Shown here piece after piece: positions 1 to 10,376 of a stretch of DNA of 64,000 nucleotides. The notes under the pieces are model-generated. The model searched no databases and was not told the origin of the DNA. It saw nothing but the letters and a program-made list of their open reading frames with translations. Each line of letters opens with the position of its first letter. Positions within the stretch are counted from its first letter, which is position 1. This stretch comes from Verrucomicrobiota bacterium (GTDB taxonomy: Bacteria > Verrucomicrobiota > Verrucomicrobiia > Opitutales > Cerasicoccaceae), in contig JBCBUK010000004.1 in the NCBI GenBank assembly GCA_039818205.1, forward strand, positions 232,302 to 296,301, read 5' to 3'. The position numbers were made by a program, and so were the translations under genes.

Positions 1-65
1 AAGTAACTTTGTTGATTTCGATGCCCGTCCTTTACATTCCGCTTGGAATCGATACGTAATAACTC

Positions 66-608
66 ATGGCCAAACCACCGGATTGCAGTCATTGCCAAAA
101 GCAGGCCACGATTCATCTCACCCAGATAATCAACAACCAGATCAAGAAGTTGGATTTCTGTGAGGGATGCCCTCATCAACAAGGAGTTACAGATCCGGCC
201 GGCTTTTCTTTGGCCGAATTGCTCGCCCAGAGCGAAAAGGATGCTGAACCCATTGAAACGGATCAAAGCGGCACCACCTGCGTGACCTGTGGATTTGCTC
301 CAAACGATTTCAAGAAACTCGGGCGGCTCGGTTGTCCGGATTGTTACGATAATCTGGAATCGCTAATCGAGCCGATGCTTGAGCGCATGCATCGTGGCAC
401 GAAGCATGTTGGTAAATTGCCCGATCACCTGATTCACCGGGTGCGCATGAAGGCAAAGATTAAACAGGCTGAGTATGCGCTCCAGCACGCCATCGCAAAT
501 GAAGCGTTCGAGGATGCCGCAAAATTGAGAGATGAATTGAAAGCCTTGAAATCGGCCTTTGATTCCGGTAATTTTGACTCAGCTGACCACGCGGATAGAA
601 CCGCGTAA
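66..608 (+). CDS. mcsA: McsA, activator of protein-arginine kinase (Zn fingers + UVR domain)
   Basis: Four CxxC motifs (CSHC, CEGC, CVTC, CPDC), GRLGCPDCY, HxGK, C-terminal UVR-like helix (AIANEAFEDAAKLRDEL); upstream of mcsB-clpC. Confidence 0.92.
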   Translation: MAKPPDCSHCQKQATIHLTQIINNQIKKLDFCEGCPHQQGVTDPAGFSLAELLAQSEKDAEPIETDQSGTTCVTCGFAPNDFKKLGRLGCPDCYDNLESLIEPMLERMHRGTKHVGKLPDHLIHRVRMKAKIKQAEYALQHAIANEAFEDAAKLRDELKALKSAFDSGNFDSADHADRTA

Positions 609-704
609 ACAATTGTTCTTTAATTGATTAACTAATTCGGATTTCCGAGAAACCTGGATCCGATAACGGTGTCGGAATCTATGCCACGTACCTTTTACGC
701 AAAA

Positions 705-1790
705 ATGCAAATACAACCGCTAATCGACGGAAAAAGCGAGCTCACTCACGCTGCTGAGCCACCTCAAGAGGTGGTCATTAGTTCGCGGGTTCGCTTGGCG
801 CGCAATTTGCAGGGTCATCCTTTCCCGGGGTGGGCCAAAGCGGCACAGCGCCGCGCCGTTTTGACCGAATGCGAAGAGGCCATCGCGGGCCTGGGCATCA
901 TGCAAAAAGGCTCCGTGCTGGAGATTGAAAAACTTTCTGACCTCGAAAAACAGGTTCTGGTTGAGCGTCATTTGATCAGTCGTGAGCTGTCCGCCCATGG
1001 TGCCGGTGCCGGTGTCATCGTTAGCTCGGATCAAGTTGCGGCGATCATGATCAATGAGGAGGACCACCTGCGAATTCAGGTCCTGCGATCTGGGTATCAC
1101 TTTGACGATATCTGGCAGGTCATCGACGAGATCGATACCGCGCTTGAGGACAAAATCGACTACGCTTTTTCAGAAGAAATTGGCTACTTGACCGCTTGCC
1201 CAACCAATGTGGGAACGGGTTTGCGGGCTTCGGTGATGATGCATTTGCCGGGCTTGGTCTTGTCCAGCCAGATGGAAAAAGTGGTGCGAGCGGTCAATCA
1301 ATTAGGCATGGTCGTGCGTGGTCTATTCGGGGAAGGTTCCGACGCCTCGGGCAGCCTGTTTCAGATTTCCAATCAGCAAACGCTGGGTGAAAGTGAGATC
1401 GAAATCATCCGTCGTCTGGGCAACGTAATCGACACCATTAAGGAGCAGGAGGTGAATGCACGTTTGCGCCTTATTGAGAACGAGCCGCAAAAATTGGCCG
1501 ACAAAATCGGTCGCGCCTATGGAATTTTGCAGCATGGGCACGTTTTAAGCTCAAGTGAAGCTATGAACTTTCTTTCTCTTATCCGGTTGGCCGTCGATTT
1601 GGGCATTCTACCGGTTGAGCAGAGAGCTCAGGTGGACCGTTTGTTCCTGGAGAGTCAACCGGGGCACATCCAGTTTGCCGCTCGAGAAAACATTGATAGT
1701 GAGGGGCGGGACATCGCTCGCGCCCGCATGCTACGGGAAGAAACGAGGATTATGCCGCCTCTCAATTTTGACAAGTTGGCATTTTCGTGA
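705..1790 (+). CDS. mcsB: Protein-arginine kinase McsB
   Basis: SSRVRLARN, LVERHLIS, INEEDHLR, CPTNVGTGLRAS, QISNQxTLG guanido-phosphotransferase motifs. ATG at 705 preferred over GTG at 669. Confidence 0.93.
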   Translation: MQIQPLIDGKSELTHAAEPPQEVVISSRVRLARNLQGHPFPGWAKAAQRRAVLTECEEAIAGLGIMQKGSVLEIEKLSDLEKQVLVERHLISRELSAHGAGAGVIVSSDQVAAIMINEEDHLRIQVLRSGYHFDDIWQVIDEIDTALEDKIDYAFSEEIGYLTACPTNVGTGLRASVMMHLPGLVLSSQMEKVVRAVNQLGMVVRGLFGEGSDASGSLFQISNQQTLGESEIEIIRRLGNVIDTIKEQEVNARLRLIENEPQKLADKIGRAYGILQHGHVLSSSEAMNFLSLIRLAVDLGILPVEQRAQVDRLFLESQPGHIQFAARENIDSEGRDIARARMLREETRIMPPLNFDKLAFS

Positions 1791-1830
1791 TTTTAATGAT
1801 ATTCACCAGTAAAGGAGATAAGAACTATAG

Positions 1831-4323
1831 ATGGAGCCAATGAATAATTTTACCCCTCGAGCCCAACAAGTCCTAGCCCTTGCACGCAAGGAGGCGGACC
1901 GTTTTCACCACAACTATGTGGGAACCGAGCACTTGTTGCTTGGATTGATCAACCTTGGGCAAGGGGTTGCAGTTAACGTCCTCCAGAAAATGGGATTGGA
2001 CTTGGATACCGTGCGTGCAGCGGTTGAAAAACAGGTTGGCACCGGGCCGGAGAGCAAACCGACCGGCAGCATTCCTTATACGCCTCGTGTCAAGAAGGTG
2101 CTCGCGTTAGCGGGCAAGGAAGCGAAATCTCTCAACCATTCCTACATTGGGACCGAGCATATTTTGCTCGGCCTGTTGCGTGAGGGTGAGGGCGTGGCCG
2201 CTCGCGTGCTGAAGAGCCTCGACGTGGACATCGAACGCTGCCGAAACGAAATTTTGTCTGAGCTCGACCCAAATTTCACGGGTGAGACGGATGATGGTCC
2301 TTTAGGAGGTCCTCAACCCGCCGGCGCCAGCGGCCCAACGAGTGATGACAAAAAGGAGGTAAAGACGCCTGCCTTGAAGGCATTCGGTCGCGATTTAACA
2401 GAACTCGCGCGCAATGGCGAAATGGACCCTGTGATTGGCCGGAAGAAGGAAATTCGCCGTGTAATCCAGATCCTTTGCCGCCGGACCAAAAACAATCCAG
2501 TGCTCATCGGTGAAGCCGGTGTTGGTAAAACGGCGATTGTTGAAGGACTTGCGATGGAGATCGCCTCCGGTGTTGTTCCGGAAATTCTTGCCGATAAACG
2601 TGTTATCACCCTTGATCTCGCATTGATGGTCGCGGGCACGAAATATCGTGGTCAATTTGAGGAGCGTATTAAGGCCGTGATGGACGAGATCCGTCGCGCG
2701 AAGAACATCATCATCTTCATCGACGAGTTGCACACCATCGTCGGAGCCGGAGCCGCTGAAGGTGCGATGGACGCCTCGAATATTTTCAAACCCGCGCTCA
2801 GCCGTGGCGAATTGCAGTGTATCGGTGCAACCACGTTGGCCGAGTACCGCAAGTATATCGAGAAGGACAGTGCGCTTGATCGCCGCTTCCAGTCCGTCAA
2901 GGTTGAAGCTCCAAACATCGAGGACACGCTCAAGATTCTTCAAGGAATCCGCGGCAAGTATGAAGATCACCATAAGGTGACTTTTACCGAGGCTTCATTG
3001 GAGTATGCGGTTAAGCTTTCGGATCGTTACATCACCTCGCGCTTTTTGCCAGACAAGGCAATCGATGTTCTCGATGAGGCTGGCTCTCGTGCCCGGATCG
3101 ATTCCCTGAATCGTCCACCGGAAATCGAGGACATGGCCACCGAGATCGACGATATTTGTAGCAAGAAGGAAGACGCGATCAGCAAGCAACATTTTGAGCA
3201 GGCGGCGAAATTCCGTGATCAAGAGAAACAGCTGCGCGCCAAGCGCGAGCAGATGATCGAAGAATGGAAGAAAAACCGTGAAGAGCAGGTTATTACGGTC
3301 GACGAAGAAGCGATGTGCGAAGTCGTTTCAGACTGGACGGGCATCCCACTCTCGCGGATGGAACAGACCGAGAGCCAGAAGTTGCTCAAGCTCGAAGCCG
3401 ACCTTCAAAATTACCTCATCGGTCAGAATGAAGCAACTGAGGTTATATCCAAAGCCTTGCGTCGTTCACGCGCTGACCTCAAGGATCCACGGCGTCCAAT
3501 CGGTTCGTTCATGTTCTTGGGACCAACCGGTGTTGGTAAGACGCACCTTGCGAAGATTTTGGCCGAGAAGATGTTCGGCGACCAGGATGCGCTAATCCAA
3601 ATCGACATGTCGGAATACATGGAGAAATTCGCGCTGAGCCGCTTGATTGGATCGCCTCCCGGATACGTCGGCTACGAAGAGGGCGGTCAGCTGACCGAGC
3701 AGGTTCGTCGCAAGCCATATAGTGTGATCCTTTTCGACGAAATTGAGAAGGCTCACCCGGATGTCGCTCAGATTCTGTTGCAGGTTCTTGAAGATGGACG
3801 CCTAACGGATAGCCTCGGCCGCGCGGTCGATTTTCGTAACACGATCCTAATCATGACCTCAAACGTTGGCGCGGACGTCCTCCAGCGAAGCACATCGATG
3901 GGCTTTGACGTTGGCTTGAGCGATGCTCGTGATTTCGAGCGCATTAAGGACAAGATTCTCGATGAAACCAAGAAGGCGTTTAAACCGGAGTTTTTGAATC
4001 GCCTGACCGAGATTGTCATCTTCCGCAAGCTCACGAAGGTGCACATGACCAGCATCGTGGATTTGGAGCTCAAGAAGGTTTCCAAGCGTTTGAAAGACCA
4101 CGAGATCACTTTCACGGTTTCTGATGAAGCCAAGGAGTTTCTCATCGAGCGGGGCTGGGATGACAAATATGGTGCACGCCCACTACGCCGTGCGATCGAG
4201 CGTCACCTCGAGGATCCATTGGCGGAAGCCATTCTGCGAGACGAGGTCAAGCGCGGTGAGCCGATCAAGGTCACTGTTCGCGATGACGCGCTTCGGTTCG
4301 AGCAAGAAGCCGCCGTTGGGTAA
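1831..4323 (+). CDS. clpC: ATP-dependent Clp protease ATP-binding subunit ClpC
   Basis: Two Clp-N repeats, two AAA+ modules ([16 protein letters not shown]), UVR middle domain, MGF ClpP-docking motif; AAGGAG SD upstream. Confidence 0.97.
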   Translation: MEPMNNFTPRAQQVLALARKEADRFHHNYVGTEHLLLGLINLGQGVAVNVLQKMGLDLDTVRAAVEKQVGTGPESKPTGSIPYTPRVKKVLALAGKEAKSLNHSYIGTEHILLGLLREGEGVAARVLKSLDVDIERCRNEILSELDPNFTGETDDGPLGGPQPAGASGPTSDDKKEVKTPALKAFGRDLTELARNGEMDPVIGRKKEIRRVIQILCRRTKNNPVLIGEAGVGKTAIVEGLAMEIASGVVPEILADKRVITLDLALMVAGTKYRGQFEERIKAVMDEIRRAKNIIIFIDELHTIVGAGAAEGAMDASNIFKPALSRGELQCIGATTLAEYRKYIEKDSALDRRFQSVKVEAPNIEDTLKILQGIRGKYEDHHKVTFTEASLEYAVKLSDRYITSRFLPDKAIDVLDEAGSRARIDSLNRPPEIEDMATEIDDICSKKEDAISKQHFEQAAKFRDQEKQLRAKREQMIEEWKKNREEQVITVDEEAMCEVVSDWTGIPLSRMEQTESQKLLKLEADLQNYLIGQNEATEVISKALRRSRADLKDPRRPIGSFMFLGPTGVGKTHLAKILAEKMFGDQDALIQIDMSEYMEKFALSRLIGSPPGYVGYEEGGQLTEQVRRKPYSVILFDEIEKAHPDVAQILLQVLEDGRLTDSLGRAVDFRNTILIMTSNVGADVLQRSTSMGFDVGLSDARDFERIKDKILDETKKAFKPEFLNRLTEIVIFRKLTKVHMTSIVDLELKKVSKRLKDHEITFTVSDEAKEFLIERGWDDKYGARPLRRAIERHLEDPLAEAILRDEVKRGEPIKVTVRDDALRFEQEAAVG

Positions 4324-4344
4324 ACAAATACAGATTTGAAAACG

Positions 4345-4376
4345 AAACGCCGTCCAATTGGACGGCGTTTTTTATT
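4345..4376 (+). terminator. Intrinsic terminator of the mcsA-mcsB-clpC operon
   Basis: Perfect 26-bp palindrome AAACGCCGTCCAATTGGACGGCGTTT (4345-4370) running into a T tract, 21 nt after the clpC stop. Confidence 0.88.
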
Positions 4377-4395
4377 AAAGACTGCTTCAGGAAAA

Positions 4396-4959
4396 ATGAA
4401 GAATCTACTTCTCACTTGGTTAATTCTCTCCTGCTCTGGGTGTAGTTCATCGACTGTGCTAACGAAAAATGAATCATTTGATACTTTTTCGGAAGACCAA
4501 GAACGCTTGATTACTGTTGAAGATTGGGCATCAACTCTGGGAGGCGCAATCGCCTACACAGTAGTCAGAGGCGATATCGTTATCTTCACCAGAAATGACT
4601 TTTCAAAACCGGAAAGTGAACTCTATAGAGCAACACTAACGGAGGAGAGATTAAAAGAATTCGAAACCGCTATCAGCGAGATTCCTGATGATTTGATCGG
4701 CAAGGTGTTTTATCGTGAAGGAATACATGGAGGCTCTTTCCTTCGCATAAATCTATCTCCCAACGGTTCCCTCGGTGAAGATCGAATAGAACTAGAGAAC
4801 GTATACGAGCCTAGATTGTCTCCGATTCTAGACCTTATAAATCAGTCGATTCCCGACGAATATAATCTGAGGTTCGATGAACAAAGTGAGAGACTTAGTA
4901 AGAGATTTTTGGAGCACCCGATCGCCCATCGGCCAGTTTGGATACAATCCAATGAATAG
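4396..4959 (+). CDS. Hypothetical lipoprotein
   Basis: MKNLLLTWLILSCSGC signal peptide with lipobox-like Cys; AT-richer than flanks; no family recognised. Confidence 0.65.
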   Translation: MKNLLLTWLILSCSGCSSSTVLTKNESFDTFSEDQERLITVEDWASTLGGAIAYTVVRGDIVIFTRNDFSKPESELYRATLTEERLKEFETAISEIPDDLIGKVFYREGIHGGSFLRINLSPNGSLGEDRIELENVYEPRLSPILDLINQSIPDEYNLRFDEQSERLSKRFLEHPIAHRPVWIQSNE

Positions 4960-5019
4960 CGGAAACAGTTGTTTCTGAACAACGCCTTACGCCGGGCCAG
5001 AGATCATGCCTAATTCGAG

Positions 5020-6180
5020 CTAGCGACGCGGGCTGTAACTTTCCTGCCTCGGTTCGTTGGATTCGATCTTCTCTACGGGAATCGGTGCAACCGGCGATGA
5101 ATCTGGGAAGGAGTCCACTTGGGGTGGCTCTTGCTCTTTCTTACCGATTTTCATCTCTACCGGGCCTGTTTCGCCTTCGGGGCTCGGGCCTGCCTCACGG
5201 AGGAAAAATTTGATATAGGCCTTCTTGCGAAGCTTTTCGAGCCAGCGTTGCTGAGCCTGGCGGGCGAGCTGCGCAGTGATCGCCTGTTCGATTTCCTGGC
5301 GCACGGCGGCGAGCTGCTTTACTCCGGACTCACGCTTATCTTCGACGAGGATGATGTAGGTGACTCCATCGAGGCGGATTGGCTGGCTGTATTCTCCCGC
5401 CGAAAGCGATTGGGCCGCTTGGCTAAGCTCATCTCGCAGGTCGCCATATTCGCGCCAGCCCCAATCACCGCCGATCGCGGCGTTCATGTCTTGGCTGTAG
5501 CGGCGTGCGAGGTCGCCGAAATTCTCACCATTGTTCAGCTGGTTGATAATCGCGGAGGCTTGCTGTTCCATCAGGTCTTCGCTTTCGCCGGTAATTGGCA
5601 TCAGCGTGATCATCCGGAGCTTAACGCCTTCTTCCTCGAAGAACTGGCTCTTGTTCTTCTCGTAATATTCCTGGATCTTCTGTGGGCTGACTTCGGTTTG
5701 CGATTTCAGCATCTGACCTCGCATGTAGCTAACGATGATTTGTTCGCGCAGCTCTTTCCGGAATTGGAGGTCATTTTTACCCTGGAGACGGAGATACTCG
5801 AGAAATTCAGACCGATCGCCATTGAATTCATTGGTGATGTAGTCGTCATACTCATTGTCCAGATAAGCCTTGGGAATGTTGAATCCCTCCTCATTGAACT
5901 CCTTGATGATCAAGATCTGGTCGATCATGTTTTGCAGGATCTCGCGGGTGATCAGCTGGATGTTGCGGTCAAACTCCATTTGGGTTCGTGAGCTGCGTCG
6001 CACTTCTGGCACGAGCGGAGCGACTTCCTTGCGGAGTGCTTCGAGCGTGATGATCTCGTCATTTACCTGAGCGGCGATGCCGTTGGTGTACTTGATGTCC
6101 CAGTTTTGTTTTGCGAGCTGGGCCTGGGCCGCAGTCGCGAGGATAAAGCTGAAAATTACTGTGAGCAGGTGCTTTGTCAT
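5020..6180 (-). CDS. surA: SurA/PrsA-type periplasmic peptidyl-prolyl isomerase (parvulin)
   Basis: Signal peptide, IAAQVNDEIIT N-domain, FGDLARRYSQD...GGDWGW parvulin motif; directly downstream of mfd. Confidence 0.82.
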   Translation of the reverse strand: MTKHLLTVIFSFILATAAQAQLAKQNWDIKYTNGIAAQVNDEIITLEALRKEVAPLVPEVRRSSRTQMEFDRNIQLITREILQNMIDQILIIKEFNEEGFNIPKAYLDNEYDDYITNEFNGDRSEFLEYLRLQGKNDLQFRKELREQIIVSYMRGQMLKSQTEVSPQKIQEYYEKNKSQFFEEEGVKLRMITLMPITGESEDLMEQQASAIINQLNNGENFGDLARRYSQDMNAAIGGDWGWREYGDLRDELSQAAQSLSAGEYSQPIRLDGVTYIILVEDKRESGVKQLAAVRQEIEQAITAQLARQAQQRWLEKLRKKAYIKFFLREAGPSPEGETGPVEMKIGKKEQEPPQVDSFPDSSPVAPIPVEKIESNEPRQESYSPRR

Positions 6181-6181
6181 C

Positions 6182-9100
6182 TTAGTTTTGTTCCTGGCGT
6201 TTCAGGAATGTCAAAATTTCGCGCATTCTGGTTGGAGCTTTCTTGGCGGTCAAGCGGGGAAAGCGATTGCCGATCATCAAGAATTCGGGTCCTCCACTCT
6301 TTGCTTTCTTGCATTTTAACTTGTTTCCTTCGGTTTCGACCAAAGAAATACCACAACGTTCAGCCCAGACACGAATTTCTGTTAATAAAATTAGCGATTC
6401 GACTTCTCGCGGTGGCTTTCCAAAACGATCGGAGATTTCCTCGGCAATGGCGGCGACGGCTCTGGGTGAGGCCGCCAGCGCCAGCCGGCGGTAAAAATCG
6501 ATCCGTAATCGGGCCTCCTGGAGGTAGGATTCCGGCAAATAAGCTTCGACGGCCTTGATTGCGCCCTTTTCCCGGTCAAGTTCCTTGAGGGCGCCGTAGC
6601 CGATTTTCACCTCGGCGGCCTCAGTTTCGATCTGGGCCCGGCCAACGAGTACAAAATCGAGTCGAACATTGGCCCGAATGGCAGCGGCCTCATCATCGCC
6701 CTTGAGCCGTGAAATGCTCTGGCGGAGTAGCTGACAGTAGAGTTCAAAGCCCACATTGGCGATGTGCCCGTGCTGCTTGAGGCCAATCAAATTACCGGCT
6801 CCTCGAAGCTCAAGGTCACGCATGGCAATGCGGAATCCAGCGCCCAATTGGTTATATTGCTTGATGGCTCCCAAGCGTTTGCGGGCTAGGTCAAGTAGCC
6901 GACTGTGGCGATGCAGGAGCAGATAGCAGTACGCCTGGCGGTTGAAACGCCCGACTCGACCACGCAACTGATACAGTTGACTGAGCCCAAAGCGGTCGGC
7001 GCCCTCGATGATGATTGTATTGCAGTTCGGGATATCGAGGCCGTTTTCGATAATAGTGGTGCAGACCAGCACGTCATATTGGCCGCGGACGAACTCCGTC
7101 ATCACCTTTTCTAGTTCGCGTTCACTCATTTGGCCATGGCCAACGGCAATGCGCAGTTTCGGGTGTTGCTTGCGAAGCTCATTGGCCACCGTCTCGATGG
7201 TCTGGACCTGATTGTGCAGGTAAAAAACTTGGCCTCCCCGTTCGATTTCTCGCTCAATGGCAGTTTTGACCAATTTGGGTTCGTAGTGTTTGACGATGGT
7301 CTCAATCGGTCGGCGATTGCGCGGTGCGGTCTCAATCACGCTCAGATCCCTCGCGCCGACTAAGGCGAAATACAGCGTCCGGGGAATCGGAGTCGCACTC
7401 ATCGTGAGGACATCGACGTTGCGCTTGAGCTGTTTCAGGGACTCTTTTTGCCGCACCCCGAAACGGTGTTCCTCATCAATGATCAGCAGCCCAAGGTCTT
7501 TGTAGGCCACGTTCTTGCCGAGCAATGCGTGCGTGCCAACGATTATGTCGATTTTACCCGCCTTAAGTTGCTGTAGAATTTCCCGCTTCTGCTGAGCGGT
7601 ACGAAAACGAGATAGCATCTCGACCGTGACCGGATACTCGGCAAAGCGATCGCGAAAGGTTTGGAAATGCTGCTGGCAGAGAACTGTGGTGGGAATGAGC
7701 AGAGCGACTTGTTTGCCTTCAAGGGCCATCTTAAATGCGGCTCGAATTGCAATCTCGGTCTTGCCAAAGCCCACATCTCCACAGAGCAGGCGGTCCATTG
7801 GTGTCGGTTTCTCAAGATCGTTTTTCGCGTCATTGATCGCTTGCTTCTGGTCGCGGGTTTCCTCGTAAACAAATGCGTCTTCGAAGTCGCGCAGCCAGGG
7901 GTGGTCAGCGGAACAGGCATAGCCCGGATTCGTCTCACGTTCGGCCTGCAGGCGCAGGAGCTCGCCCGCGAAGTCCAGCGTGGCTCGCTCGGCGGCGGCC
8001 CGGGCTTTCGCCCACTGGGTGCTTCCCAGTTTACCGAGCTTGGGGCTCGCCTTCGTCAGGCCGACGTATCGGCTTAGCAAGTGGCTTTCGTGCAGGCGTA
8101 GGTGAACCGTTACTCCCTCGGCGAACTCGAGGGTGATAACCTCCTCCTCCCGCTTGCCAACTTTGAGCATCTGGAGACCGCGGAAAATACAGACTCCATT
8201 CTGGAGATGAACAAGGTGGTCACCGTCCGCGAGCTCGGAGAAGTCCAGCGCCTGATCGACTGCCTGCCGATGCGGCATCTTGCGCTGGCGTCGACCGATC
8301 CGAACGCGTCGGCGTCCAAAGAGTTCAGCTTCAGTCACCCAAACCTCACGCTGGTCGGCAGATTCGATGCGAAAACCATCGCTCAAAGGCGCAATCGTCA
8401 ATTCGGCTTTTAGTTTCTTTCCCGCCGGGTCTTCGTGGATCAGTTCATTGAGCCGGCGTTCTTCGGCGTCAGATTTGAGAACGAAATGAATGCGGTGTCC
8501 ACCTTGCTGCCAGCGAAAGAGATGTTGCAGGAAATCGCGCCGCGACCGTTGTTCGGTTTCCAATCGAATCGCTCCCAGCTGATTGGATTCAGCGAATGTC
8601 GCGTAGTTTTCGAGTGGCTCACTGATCGTTTCGATTCTTTCCGGTGATTCTCCCAAAAGCGCCAGATCGAGCTCCAGCTCGGATAGGGCGATCCAGGTGT
8701 CATCAAGCTTAGAGCGGCGCTTGACCAGGTGTTGTAAATTGCGAGATGGGGGAGGAATATTCTCCGGGAACTGGAAGAGGTCGGGATCGGCATCAACAAG
8801 TTCGCCGGGTTCCCGGAGGATCCAGGTGACCCGGTCGGGAAGATAGTCGAGTAGGGTGGCGGGCTGCTGCCGTGAATCCGGTTCAACGGCGGGTGACAAA
8901 AATGCTTCTTTCAGCGATTCACCTGAGCGTTGACTGGTCGGATCAAACTCTCGAATCGAGTCAATTTCGTCTCCGAAGAAATCGATGCGGATCGGAGCAT
9001 TGGCATTGAGCGGGTAGATATCGATTAATCCGCCGCGGACGGAGAACTGCCCTGGAGTTTCGCAAAGCGCCTCAGAATCGTAGCCGAGCTCCTCATTCAG

Positions 9101-9559
9101 CTTTTTCACCAATGCCGCAAAGGGCTGCTCTTCGCCTACCTGCAGGCGGACCGCGTCGGTTCGTAGTTTGGTGGGATTTGGAAGCGGTTGGAGCAGGGCA
9201 CCTGGGTGGACGGCGAGGCAGATCTGTTCGTTTGGATGGTGCTTTGCCTGGATCAAGGATGAGAGCGCGGCGAGTCGATCGCAATTGAGTTCAAAGGCGC
9301 GCGGGTCATCAGCCTCAATCTCTCCCAGGTTGGGCAGATTGAGCACGCGGAGATCTGGCTGGCCTTTGGCGATACGTCCAAAGAAAAAGTCGATGTCTTC
9401 CGCCCAGGACTCCAGCCTCTTGCCAGCGGCGCCCACCAAGACTGTGATCGGAATATCCGATTGGGCAATCAGCCGAGCACTGACCGCGGCAACAGCAGGC
9501 TCAGCCACCCCAAAATGGTGATGGATCGCCGCTTGCTTCGGTAAAATGACTGGCTGCAT
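6182..9559 (-). CDS. mfd: Transcription-repair coupling factor
   Basis: UvrB-like N-terminus (FSVRGGLIDIYP), CarD/RID domain, GDVGFGKT, DEEH, SATPIPRT, QLRGRVGR, DLELRGAG, TRCF C-terminus. Confidence 0.97.
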   Translation of the reverse strand: MQPVILPKQAAIHHHFGVAEPAVAAVSARLIAQSDIPITVLVGAAGKRLESWAEDIDFFFGRIAKGQPDLRVLNLPNLGEIEADDPRAFELNCDRLAALSSLIQAKHHPNEQICLAVHPGALLQPLPNPTKLRTDAVRLQVGEEQPFAALVKKLNEELGYDSEALCETPGQFSVRGGLIDIYPLNANAPIRIDFFGDEIDSIREFDPTSQRSGESLKEAFLSPAVEPDSRQQPATLLDYLPDRVTWILREPGELVDADPDLFQFPENIPPPSRNLQHLVKRRSKLDDTWIALSELELDLALLGESPERIETISEPLENYATFAESNQLGAIRLETEQRSRRDFLQHLFRWQQGGHRIHFVLKSDAEERRLNELIHEDPAGKKLKAELTIAPLSDGFRIESADQREVWVTEAELFGRRRVRIGRRQRKMPHRQAVDQALDFSELADGDHLVHLQNGVCIFRGLQMLKVGKREEEVITLEFAEGVTVHLRLHESHLLSRYVGLTKASPKLGKLGSTQWAKARAAAERATLDFAGELLRLQAERETNPGYACSADHPWLRDFEDAFVYEETRDQKQAINDAKNDLEKPTPMDRLLCGDVGFGKTEIAIRAAFKMALEGKQVALLIPTTVLCQQHFQTFRDRFAEYPVTVEMLSRFRTAQQKREILQQLKAGKIDIIVGTHALLGKNVAYKDLGLLIIDEEHRFGVRQKESLKQLKRNVDVLTMSATPIPRTLYFALVGARDLSVIETAPRNRRPIETIVKHYEPKLVKTAIEREIERGGQVFYLHNQVQTIETVANELRKQHPKLRIAVGHGQMSERELEKVMTEFVRGQYDVLVCTTIIENGLDIPNCNTIIIEGADRFGLSQLYQLRGRVGRFNRQAYCYLLLHRHSRLLDLARKRLGAIKQYNQLGAGFRIAMRDLELRGAGNLIGLKQHGHIANVGFELYCQLLRQSISRLKGDDEAAAIRANVRLDFVLVGRAQIETEAAEVKIGYGALKELDREKGAIKAVEAYLPESYLQEARLRIDFYRRLALAASPRAVAAIAEEISDRFGKPPREVESLILLTEIRVWAERCGISLVETEGNKLKCKKAKSGGPEFLMIGNRFPRLTAKKAPTRMREILTFLKRQEQN

Positions 9560-9686
9560 AAAAAAGACTTCAGGCCGGCGGAGAAATTTCCGTCGGATTC
9601 TTTTTGGGGCGCCTATTGCGCAAAGATTCTAGGCAATCACATTCCCAGATAAATTCAACCCTGCGAAATGGAATACGAAGCGTTGC

Positions 9687-10376
9687 TTACAGGCGGCCGA
9701 GCTTGGAAAGCGCGTCGCGAGCGGCGGCTTCCTCGGCGTCCTTTTTGCTGGAGCCGGTGCCGTGCCCCTGCGCCTGACCTTCAATACGGACTTCGACCTC
9801 AAACTTTTTCGCGTGACCCGGGCCGGATTCGCCGATCAAAATGTAGGCAGGCTGTATGCGGCCTTGGGCTTGAGTCCATTCCTGTAGGCGCCCTTTCGGG
9901 TTATCGTGTGCCAGTTGGAGCTGGAGCACGCTGGGCAAGTCCCCATACCAGGCAAGAACGCATTCACGCGTTTGCTGGTAGTCGCTATCGAGATAGATCG
10001 CGCCAATCACGGCCTCGAGGGCATCCTCCAGGGCGGCATCGCGGTCGTGGCCCGCATTGTTGCGCTCCGATTCGCTCATGCGGAGGTGCTCGGGCAGTTG
10101 AAGCCGGCGTGCAATATCGGCGAGGAAGGCACCTTTGGCGAGGACCGACCGACACTGGGCGAGGTGGCCTTCGCGCTCGTCGGGGAACTGGAGAAATATC
10201 GACTCCGCCAAAATCATGCTGAGAACGGCGTCACCGAGAAACTCAAGTCTCTGGTTATCAGTTATCTCTGGGGATTCTTGAGTGCAAGAGCAGTGGGTGA
10301 GAGCCTGTTCAAGCAGAGCGGGCGTCTGGAAATGATACCCGATCTTAGCCTGGAGCGGTTCCAAGGACCCTATCAT
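9687..10376 (-). CDS. rnc: Ribonuclease III
   Basis: NQRLEFLGDAVL signature, EAVIGAIYLD, C-terminal dsRBD (NPKGRLQE...SKKDAEEAAA). Confidence 0.97.
   Translation of the reverse strand: MIGSLEPLQAKIGYHFQTPALLEQALTHCSCTQESPEITDNQRLEFLGDAVLSMILAESIFLQFPDEREGHLAQCRSVLAKGAFLADIARRLQLPEHLRMSESERNNAGHDRDAALEDALEAVIGAIYLDSDYQQTRECVLAWYGDLPSVLQLQLAHDNPKGRLQEWTQAQGRIQPAYILIGESGPGHAKKFEVEVRIEGQAQGHGTGSSKKDAEEAAARDALSKLGRL

Noticed and set aside
4336..4395. Extended N-terminus of the lipoprotein ORF given in the track
   Set aside because: Runs through the clpC terminator palindrome; ATG 4396 gives a clean signal peptide
4968..4983. GTTGTT-TCTG-AACAAC palindrome as a possible LexA box
   Set aside because: Spacing is shorter than TGTTC-N4-GAACA and it lies between convergent gene ends, not in a promoter
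5119..5991. 290-aa + strand ORF inside surA
   Set aside because: Antisense shadow of a well-supported gene; no motifs and atypical composition
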